NCBI GenBank assembly: GCA_947625385.1
Contig: CANQOB010000006.1
Span: 815-64,814 of the forward strand
DNA from: an uncultured Clostridia bacterium
Lineage (GTDB): Bacteria; Bacillota; Clostridia; Christensenellales; Borkfalkiaceae
Reading direction: 5' to 3'
DNA: 64,000 nt
Numbering within the stretch: position 1 is the first letter of the stretch; each line of letters begins with the position of its first letter. The notes under the pieces are model-generated. The model made no database searches. It saw only the letters and a list, made by a program, of their open reading frames with translations, and had not been told where the DNA came from. The position numbers and the translations under genes are program-made. Of this stretch, positions 57,468 through 64,000 are shown in pieces.

Positions 57468-58497
57468 AATCAATTTCCGTAAACTGCTTCCCATTTTCAT
57501 TGCGATCTCCTGCGTGGTGATCGTGGCGGGCATCGTGCTCTTTGCCGTGCTCGGCTTCAACAATGCGTCCGACGAGCCCGTCCGTCAAATCCTCGACGTG
57601 CGGTACAACCAAGGCATCAACTCCGCAGCCGACGGCAACAACGACGAGACGCTCCAAACCTTTGTGGAAGATACCCTGACCGCCGAACACATCTCTTACG
57701 AGAAAGCGGTCGTTCCCGAATTCGCCGATTCCGGCAGCCTGCTCACGCCCGATTCTTACTTGGTCGCGCGCTATACGCTGCACGGCGCCGACGAAGAGAC
57801 GCTCGCCTCGGTCAAGGACAAGATCGACGCGCATATCCGTGAAAACTCCGCGGAGGAGACGGGCATCTATGCGTTTGCGGACGCCTCCGTGTCCTACTAC
57901 ACGGCGAACCTTTTGGGCTTCGAGCCCGACCCCGCCGCATGGCGCGGTGCGATCGCCCTTGCGGTCGGTGCCATCGTTGCGCTTGCCTATATCACCTTCC
58001 GCTTCGGCGTGGGCTGCGGCGTTGCGGGGCTCGTGACGGGCGTGCATGACGCGTTCTTCACGCTCGCGCTGTTTGCCATCTGCCGAATCCCCGTGTTCGG
58101 GTTTGCGCCCCTTCTGTACGCGGCGGTCGCGCTGTTCACTTCCGCCGTCCTGTGGATCTTCTACGGGCACGCGCTTCGCACCAACTATAAGGAACCCGAA
58201 TTCGCTTCCCTTCCCGCCGAAGAGGTCGCAGACCGCACGAGAAGCACGACTTGGAAACAGACGCTGCTCCTTGCGGGGCTCATTGCGGCGGTCGTCCTCA
58301 TCCTCGGGCTCGTCGGTGCGCCCGGAACGATGAATTTGGTGCTCCCCGCGCTCATCGGCGTCGTTGTCCCCGTCTATTCGACGTTGGGCATCGGACCTGC
58401 GGTATTCGCAGCCATCCGTGCGAAACTCGACAAGCGCCGTGCGGCGAAGAACCGCGTGTATGTCGGCAAAAAGAAGAAAGCGGAATCCGAGAACTGA
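57460..58497 (+). CDS. secF: Protein translocase subunit SecF
   Basis: SecF core (ITFRFG...HDAFFTLALFAI). The start overlaps the secD stop. Confidence 0.85.
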   Translation: MSKINFRKLLPIFIAISCVVIVAGIVLFAVLGFNNASDEPVRQILDVRYNQGINSAADGNNDETLQTFVEDTLTAEHISYEKAVVPEFADSGSLLTPDSYLVARYTLHGADEETLASVKDKIDAHIRENSAEETGIYAFADASVSYYTANLLGFEPDPAAWRGAIALAVGAIVALAYITFRFGVGCGVAGLVTGVHDAFFTLALFAICRIPVFGFAPLLYAAVALFTSAVLWIFYGHALRTNYKEPEFASLPAEEVADRTRSTTWKQTLLLAGLIAAVVLILGLVGAPGTMNLVLPALIGVVVPVYSTLGIGPAVFAAIRAKLDKRRAAKNRVYVGKKKKAESEN

Positions 58498-58519
58498 CCG
58501 CTGAAAAAACAAACAAAGC

Positions 58520-58543
58520 GGCGGGCATCGTCCCGCCCTTTTT
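58520..58543 (+). terminator. Intrinsic terminator after secF
   Basis: GGCGGG (58520-58525), 6-nt loop, CCCGCC (58532-58537), then CTTTTT. Confidence 0.7.
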
Positions 58544-58557
58544 GATAAGGAAAAAGC

Positions 58558-60861
58558 ATGAAGAAACTCGTCCGCGAATTTGAATTTTCGCCCGAACAAC
58601 TTCATACCGTACAAGAGCTTTCCTATCGCCTCGGGCTCTCCGAGACCGTGACGGGCATCCTGTATGCGCGCGGCATGGATACCGAGGAGAAGATGCAAAA
58701 ATTCCTGCATCCCGGGGCGAAGAACTTCCTCTCGCCCTTCCTTTTGAAGGGCATGCGGGAGGCGGTCGACCTCATCACCGCGGCGAGAGACGGGGAGTTG
58801 AGGGTCGCCGTGTTCGGAGACTACGACGCGGACGGCGTCGGCGCGTGTGCCGTCCTCTCCCGCGCGCTCGCCATGTTCGGCATCGAGCCCTATGTGTTCG
58901 TGCCCGAACGTGCGGACGGGTACGGACTTTCCGTCGGCGCCATCGACAGAATCTTCGACGAATTTTTGCCCGACCTCGTCATCACCGTGGACTGCGGCAT
59001 ATCCTGCCGCAAAGAGGTCGAATATATCAAAGAGTTGGGGGCGGACGTCATCGTCACCGACCACCACGAATTGCCCGAGCAGCTGCCGGACTGCATCCTC
59101 ATCGATCCCAAGCTGGGAGGGGACTACCCTTACGACAATCTGTGCGGCGCGGGCGTGGCGTTCAAGCTCGCACAGGCGCTCATCGGGGAGAGGGCGCTCC
59201 CGCTCGTGGATTTCGCCGCCATCTCCACGGTGGCGGACAGTGTTCCTCTCACGGGCGAAAACCGCGATATCGTCGCGGAGGGTCTGCGCAGAATCGAACG
59301 CGAGCCCCGTCCCGCGATCGCGGCGCTTCTCGGCAAGGCGGAGGTCTCCGCGCAGTCGCTTGCCTTCACGATCGCGCCCCGCATCAACGCGGCGGGACGG
59401 ATGGGGCACGCCCATGCCGCGCTCGCCCTCTTCACGAGCGAGGACGGGGAAGAGATCGAACAGCTCGCCGCCCTGCTCGAACGGTACAATGCGGAGCGCC
59501 AGCGTGCCTGCGACGAACTCTATTGCCGCGTTTCGGCGCAGATCGCAAAAGAGGGACCCTACGACAACGTTATCATGCTCGCGGGGACGGGTTGGAACGC
59601 GGGATTTGCGGGCATCGTCGCCGCGCGCGTCGCGGAGGAGTACGCCCGTCCCGCCCTGCTCTTCACCAAGCGCGAGGGCGCCTATAAGGGCAGTGCGCGC
59701 TCTGTCGAGAACGTCAACATCTTCGAGGCGCTCAAAAGCTGCTCGGCGTATATTTCCGAGTTCGGCGGTCATGCGCAGGCGGCGGGCATCAACGTTTCGG
59801 AGGAGAACTTTGAAGCGCTCAAAGGGGCGCTGAACGCCTATATCGGCGAACACTACACGAGGGAGGACTTCGTGCCTTCCGTCGCCGTCGCGGGGGAGCT
59901 CTCGGGGGACTTCCGCAGAATCGCGCGGGAGCTTACCATGCTCGAACCGTGCGGGATGGGCAACAAGCGCCCGCTCTTCTATCTCGAAGCGGAGCGCACG
60001 GACGCCGCGCCGATGAAGGAGGGCTCGCCGCACCTTGCCATGAACATCAGGGGCGCGGATTTCGTCTATTTCGGCGGTGTCAAATCCCTCGAACTGTTGA
60101 AGAGCGACCTGAAAAAGAAGATCGTGTTCGAATGCAACCTCTCCCGTTTCAAGGGGAGGGAATACATCAAGGGACTGGTGCGCTGCGTGCTCACGGACGG
60201 CATGAGCGGAAGAGACATCGAACTCGACGCGTTCGGGCACGCGGTCGGCTTGCTGTCGCAGGCTCCTTCAAGTGCCCGAATCCTCGACATGGGTGCCGCG
60301 GATTCGCTCATACGGGAAAAAATCGCGGCATGCGCATACGGACTGTGCGCCGTCGTGCAAAACAGGGCGTCCCTTGCGTCGTTCCCCTCGCTTTCGGGGC
60401 TCGAACTCGATATTTTCCGCCCGTCGGGAGCCGGCGCCGCCAACTGTGTGCTCTATTCGCCTGCCCCCGATGCGTCCTTGGAGGCGTTCCGGGAGATCGT
60501 GTGCCTCGATTTCCCGCCCGCATTGCCCAAAACGGGGAACGCAGAGATATTTTTCTGCACCGAACTTGCGGACATGGGTGCCCTGAAACGCGTTTCGTGC
60601 GTGCGGGACGACCTCGTGCTCACCTATACCGCGCTGCGTGCGGCGGAAGGGCGGAACGTCGGCACGGAGTATGCGGAGGCGGCGCGGGCGCTCGGACTCG
60701 GCATCGCGCCCGAGCAGGTGATCTTCGCCCTCGCGGTATTTTGCGAGCTCGGTCTCATCTCCATCGGGGACGGGACGCTGCGCATCGTCCGCGGCAGACA
60801 TGCAGATCTCGAACAGTCGTCCGTCTATACGACCGTTCGCCGTTTGAAGGAGGGTGCATAA
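58558..60861 (+). CDS. recJ: Single-stranded-DNA-specific exonuclease RecJ
   Basis: DHH motifs (VFGDYDADGV, ITVDCG, VTDHHE) and DHHA1 (GGHAQAAG). Confidence 0.9.
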   Translation: MKKLVREFEFSPEQLHTVQELSYRLGLSETVTGILYARGMDTEEKMQKFLHPGAKNFLSPFLLKGMREAVDLITAARDGELRVAVFGDYDADGVGACAVLSRALAMFGIEPYVFVPERADGYGLSVGAIDRIFDEFLPDLVITVDCGISCRKEVEYIKELGADVIVTDHHELPEQLPDCILIDPKLGGDYPYDNLCGAGVAFKLAQALIGERALPLVDFAAISTVADSVPLTGENRDIVAEGLRRIEREPRPAIAALLGKAEVSAQSLAFTIAPRINAAGRMGHAHAALALFTSEDGEEIEQLAALLERYNAERQRACDELYCRVSAQIAKEGPYDNVIMLAGTGWNAGFAGIVAARVAEEYARPALLFTKREGAYKGSARSVENVNIFEALKSCSAYISEFGGHAQAAGINVSEENFEALKGALNAYIGEHYTREDFVPSVAVAGELSGDFRRIARELTMLEPCGMGNKRPLFYLEAERTDAAPMKEGSPHLAMNIRGADFVYFGGVKSLELLKSDLKKKIVFECNLSRFKGREYIKGLVRCVLTDGMSGRDIELDAFGHAVGLLSQAPSSARILDMGAADSLIREKIAACAYGLCAVVQNRASLASFPSLSGLELDIFRPSGAGAANCVLYSPAPDASLEAFREIVCLDFPPALPKTGNAEIFFCTELADMGALKRVSCVRDDLVLTYTALRAAEGRNVGTEYAEAARALGLGIAPEQVIFALAVFCELGLISIGDGTLRIVRGRHADLEQSSVYTTVRRLKEGA

Positions 60862-62994
60862 GTGGAACCCGTTCTCATGAAACTGTATGAATTCTACACG
60901 GGAGAGGAGCGCGAAATGCTCCTCCATGCGTATGACTATGCCAAAAATGCGCACAAGGACCAAAAGCGCGCATCCGGCGAACCCTATTTCATCCACCCGT
61001 GTTCGGTCGCGGAGATTCTCGTCGACCTCGGGCTCGACGCGGAGACCGTCGCCGCGGCGCTTCTGCATGACGTCATCGAGGACACCGAAGCGACGGACGA
61101 GGACATCCGCCGCGAATTCGGGGAGGGGGTGCTCACCCTCGTTTCGGGCGTCACAAAGCTCGACAAGATCGTCTTTAAGTCGCAGGAGGAAGAGGAGGCG
61201 GAGAACTTCCGCAAGATCTTCATCGCGATGGCGAAGGATATCCGCGTCATCATCATCAAGCTCGCCGACAGGCTGCACAACATGCGCTCGCTCAACTACC
61301 TGTCCCCCGAGCGGCAGCAGAAGATGGCGCAGGAGACCCTCGACATCTATGCGCCCATTGCGGGCAGGCTCGGTATCAGCCAGGTCAAGTGCGAGCTCGA
61401 AGATCTGTGCCTCAAATATCTCGACCCCGCCGCGTTCGAATATCTCGTGGAGAACATCCACCAGAAGTTGGAGGAGCGCAACCGTTTCGTCAATTTCGTC
61501 GTGGAGGAGATCAAGGCGATTCTCAAAGAATCGGGAATCGCCGGCGAGGTATTCGGGCGTCCCAAACACTTCTATTCCATCTATAAAAAGATGAAAACCA
61601 AACAGCGCACGCTCGACCAGATCTACGACCTGACCGCTGTGCGCGTCATCGTCGATACCATCGACGAATGTTACGAGGTGTTCGGAAAGATCCACAAGAA
61701 GTGGAAGCCCGTCCCGGGGCGCATCAAGGACTATATTGCGACGCCCAAGCCCAACATGTACCAATCCCTGCACACGACCGTCGTCACCGACTTCGGGCAG
61801 CCCTTCGAGATTCAGATTCGCACCGAGGAGATGCACCGCACGGCGGAGTACGGTATCGCGGCGCACTGGAAATACAAGGAGCAGCGCGATTCGGAGACGA
61901 CGCTCGACCAAAGAATCGCATGGATCCGCGAGATGATGGAGCTCCAAGGCGGACTGCGCGATTCCAAGGAGTTCATGAATACGGTCAAGGAGGAGCTGTA
62001 CAGCACCGAACTGCTCGTGTTCACCCCGCGCGGCAAGGTGATCTCCCTGCCCGAAGGGGCGACGCCCGTCGATTTTGCCTATGCCATCCATTCCGAGGTG
62101 GGCAACCATTGCACGGGCGCAAAGGTCAACGGCAAGATCGTGCCGCTCAACTCCAAGCTCGAACTCGGCGACGTCGTGGAGATCATCACCTCGCCCGCGA
62201 GCAAGGGTCCCTCCCGCGACTGGCTCAAATTCATCAAATCCTCCTCGGCGCGCGCGAAGATCAAGGCGTTCTACAAAAAACAGACCAAAGAGGAGAACAT
62301 ACGGCTCGGAAAGAGCATGCTCGAAGAGGCGGCAAAGCGCAGGGGGTATACCCTTGCGGAGCTGCTCACGTCGGAGAGCTTCAAAAAGATCTCCGAAAAA
62401 CTCAACTTCGACACGCAGGAAGAGGCGTTCGCCGCGGTCGGGTACGGCGCGATCAGCATCAACCAGATTCTCTTCAAACTCATCGACTACTTCCGCAAAG
62501 AGGTGCCGCAGCCCCTCGACGTGCGCCCGTATAAGGAGAAAAACGTCTCGGGCACGGTCACCGTCAAGGGACTTTCGGGGTTGCTCGTCTCCTTCGCGGG
62601 GTGCTGTTCGCCCGTCCCCGGAGACGATATCATCGGATTCGTCACGCGCGGGAGGGGGGTCGTCATCCATCGGCGGGACTGCCCGAACATGAAGAATGTG
62701 GAGCCCGAGCGTCTGCAACCCGCCGAATGGTGCAGGCAGGAAGGAGTAGCGCGCTTCCGCGCCGCCATCACCGTCTACTCGGAGGATCAGGGCGCTGCGC
62801 TCTCCGCGATCTCTTCGGGCGTCAACGAGATGAAGCTCTCCATCACGTCCATCAACGGGCGGTACGGCAAGAACGGGGACGCGATCGTCGAAGTGACGGT
62901 GAGCCTTTTGAACAGACAAGATGTGGAAATTCTCATCGGGAAGATTCGCAGCTACCCCCGCATTATCGACGTCAGGAGGATGAACAACGGATGA
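60862..62994 (+). CDS. relA: Bifunctional (p)ppGpp synthetase/hydrolase (RelA/SpoT homolog)
   Basis: HD domain (HPCSVAEIL, LLHDVIEDT), synthetase domain (RIKDYIATPKPNMYQSLHTT), TGS and ACT. GTG 60862 lies 7 nt after SD AGGAGGG; ATG 60877 is an alternative start. Confidence 0.9.
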   Translation: MEPVLMKLYEFYTGEEREMLLHAYDYAKNAHKDQKRASGEPYFIHPCSVAEILVDLGLDAETVAAALLHDVIEDTEATDEDIRREFGEGVLTLVSGVTKLDKIVFKSQEEEEAENFRKIFIAMAKDIRVIIIKLADRLHNMRSLNYLSPERQQKMAQETLDIYAPIAGRLGISQVKCELEDLCLKYLDPAAFEYLVENIHQKLEERNRFVNFVVEEIKAILKESGIAGEVFGRPKHFYSIYKKMKTKQRTLDQIYDLTAVRVIVDTIDECYEVFGKIHKKWKPVPGRIKDYIATPKPNMYQSLHTTVVTDFGQPFEIQIRTEEMHRTAEYGIAAHWKYKEQRDSETTLDQRIAWIREMMELQGGLRDSKEFMNTVKEELYSTELLVFTPRGKVISLPEGATPVDFAYAIHSEVGNHCTGAKVNGKIVPLNSKLELGDVVEIITSPASKGPSRDWLKFIKSSSARAKIKAFYKKQTKEENIRLGKSMLEEAAKRRGYTLAELLTSESFKKISEKLNFDTQEEAFAAVGYGAISINQILFKLIDYFRKEVPQPLDVRPYKEKNVSGTVTVKGLSGLLVSFAGCCSPVPGDDIIGFVTRGRGVVIHRRDCPNMKNVEPERLQPAEWCRQEGVARFRAAITVYSEDQGAALSAISSGVNEMKLSITSINGRYGKNGDAIVEVTVSLLNRQDVEILIGKIRSYPRIIDVRRMNNG

Positions 62995-63599
62995 AGATCG
63001 AAACGCTATTTCCGCAGGGATTTGCCGCAAACACCTATTTTATCACCGGGGCGGAGGGGACGGTCGTCATCGACCCCGCACAGCCGCGTGCGCTCGATGA
63101 GGCGAAACGGTTGGGGTTGGAAGTGCGGTACGTCCTGTTGACGCACGCCCACTTCGACCATTTGGGCGGTTGCGCCGCCATGAAGGCGGCGGGGGCGCAG
63201 ATCGGCTGCCTCGACCGCGAACGCAACGCCGTGGCGGCATACAACGTCGCCCTGCTCGTCTACGGCGAGGATGCCCCGCAAACACCTCTCGATTTCACCG
63301 TGACGGACGGGCAAATTCTGTCGCTTTGCGGGCTCGAAGTGCGCGTCATCGCGACGCCCGGACATACCATGGGGAGCTGTTGCTTCCTGATCCGCGACGG
63401 GGAGGAGACCGCCCTCTTCTCGGGGGACACCCTCTTCCGCGGCAATGTGGGCGATACCGAACGCTCCATCAACAAGCTGCGGGCGCTCGAAGCGTCTCTC
63501 GAAAAGCTCTCCAAATTGGAAAACTGCACGGTCTATCCCGGACATGGGTTGCCCACAACGATCGACGAGGAGAAGAAAAATGGTATCCTGCCAATGTGA
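62991..63599 (+). CDS. MBL-fold metallo-hydrolase (hydroxyacylglutathione hydrolase-like)
   Basis: LLTHAHFDHLGG and ATPGHT motifs. The ATG overlaps the relA stop. Confidence 0.85.
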   Translation: MKIETLFPQGFAANTYFITGAEGTVVIDPAQPRALDEAKRLGLEVRYVLLTHAHFDHLGGCAAMKAAGAQIGCLDRERNAVAAYNVALLVYGEDAPQTPLDFTVTDGQILSLCGLEVRVIATPGHTMGSCCFLIRDGEETALFSGDTLFRGNVGDTERSINKLRALEASLEKLSKLENCTVYPGHGLPTTIDEEKKNGILPM

Positions 63600-64000
63600 T
63601 TGGCTCTTGCCCGAGCTCATGGACGTTGTGCGGCTCTTCCCGGGAGCGGAGACGCTCGACATCGTGCATACCTGCACGGTCTCGGGCGAGGAATTCCGCA
63701 ACCGTTTTTGCATCGGCGGGGAGGAGTTCTGCTTTACGGACAGGGAGACATACACGGACGGGACGCAGCAAAAGAGCCTCGTCAAGCGGTTTTCCAAACT
63801 CGGGCTCTATCGGATTTTATCAAAACGGTATCAAAAAACGCTGCCGTGGGGGTCTCTCACGGGCATCCGTCCGACCCGTCTCGCCTACCAAAATCTCGAA
63901 AAGAAGGGGGAATTCGAAGCGTTTTTCCGCACGCTCGGCGTCTCTGAGGAGAATATCGCCCTCACCGCGCGCGTCATCGCGGGGCAGAGGGGAATCTACG
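63580..64000 (+). CDS. hemZ: HemZ-like coproporphyrinogen dehydrogenase family radical SAM protein (N-terminal part; runs off the window)
   Basis: Translated by hand in the GC3-rich frame: MVSCQCDWLLPELMDVVRLF ... LPWGSLTGIRPTRL (I recall PWG.LTGIRPT as a HemZ N-terminal hallmark). SD GAGGAG lies upstream. This frame is not in the ORF track because it has no stop within the window. Confidence 0.6.
   Translation, partial: MVSCQCDWLLPELMDVVRLFPGAETLDIVHTCTVSGEEFRNRFCIGGEEFCFTDRETYTDGTQQKSLVKRFSKLGLYRILSKRYQKTLPWGSLTGIRPTRLAYQNLEKKGEFEAFFRTLGVSEENIALTARVIAGQRGIY

Noticed and set aside
63600-63947. 115-aa + strand ORF from the track downstream of the MBL hydrolase
   Set aside because: Its third-codon positions are not GC-biased. 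The overlapping frame starting at ATG 63580 is GC3-rich and encodes a HemZ-like N-terminus (PWGSLTGIRPT), so that frame is the real gene.

Overview
GC-rich segment with strong GC3 codon bias, typical of a Clostridia-type Firmicutes chromosome. It carries about 50 protein genes, nearly all on the + strand, and I saw no rRNA, tRNA, CRISPR array, transposase or integrase. Gene order: a 5'-truncated P-type ATPase, a polysaccharide deacetylase, galM, a ZIP transporter and an SDR. Next comes an XRE regulator between two paralogous lipoproteins, then a complete purine operon (purE-C-F-M-N, PurO-type IMP cyclohydrolase, AICARFT-only purH, purD, single-chain purL). After that: a zinc-ribbon protein, fhs, mutY, degV, tmk-rimM-trmD-rbgA-rnhB-yraN, and an ArsB/NhaD-type permease on the - strand. 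Then a 1859-aa DUF4011/UPF1-like helicase-nuclease, ktrBA, fba (-), and a 2162-aa surface lipoprotein. The window ends with ruvC / ruvA-LRR-ruvB-LRR-queA-tgt-yajC, the SCIFF ranthipeptide cluster (scfA is only 51 aa and is missing from the ORF track), secDF, recJ, relA, an MBL hydrolase and the start of hemZ. The most unusual signal is an unrecognised ~170-176 bp intergenic repeat built from several hairpins. It forms head-to-tail arrays at three loci (35791-36185, 38449-38670, 47035-47424). Each array starts on or within 2 nt of the stop codon of the upstream gene, and stem sequences change between copies while base pairing is kept. Other points worth a second look: the large stand-alone helicase-nuclease; two signal-less BspA-type LRR genes inside the ruv-queA operon; a 23-bp duplication of the queA 3' end around a 132-bp insert; a triple palindromic operator next to the XRE gene; a terminator-containing leader upstream of purE; and two AT-rich hairpins that differ by compensatory changes. 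The many long antisense ORFs in the track are GC-bias shadow ORFs and were rejected.
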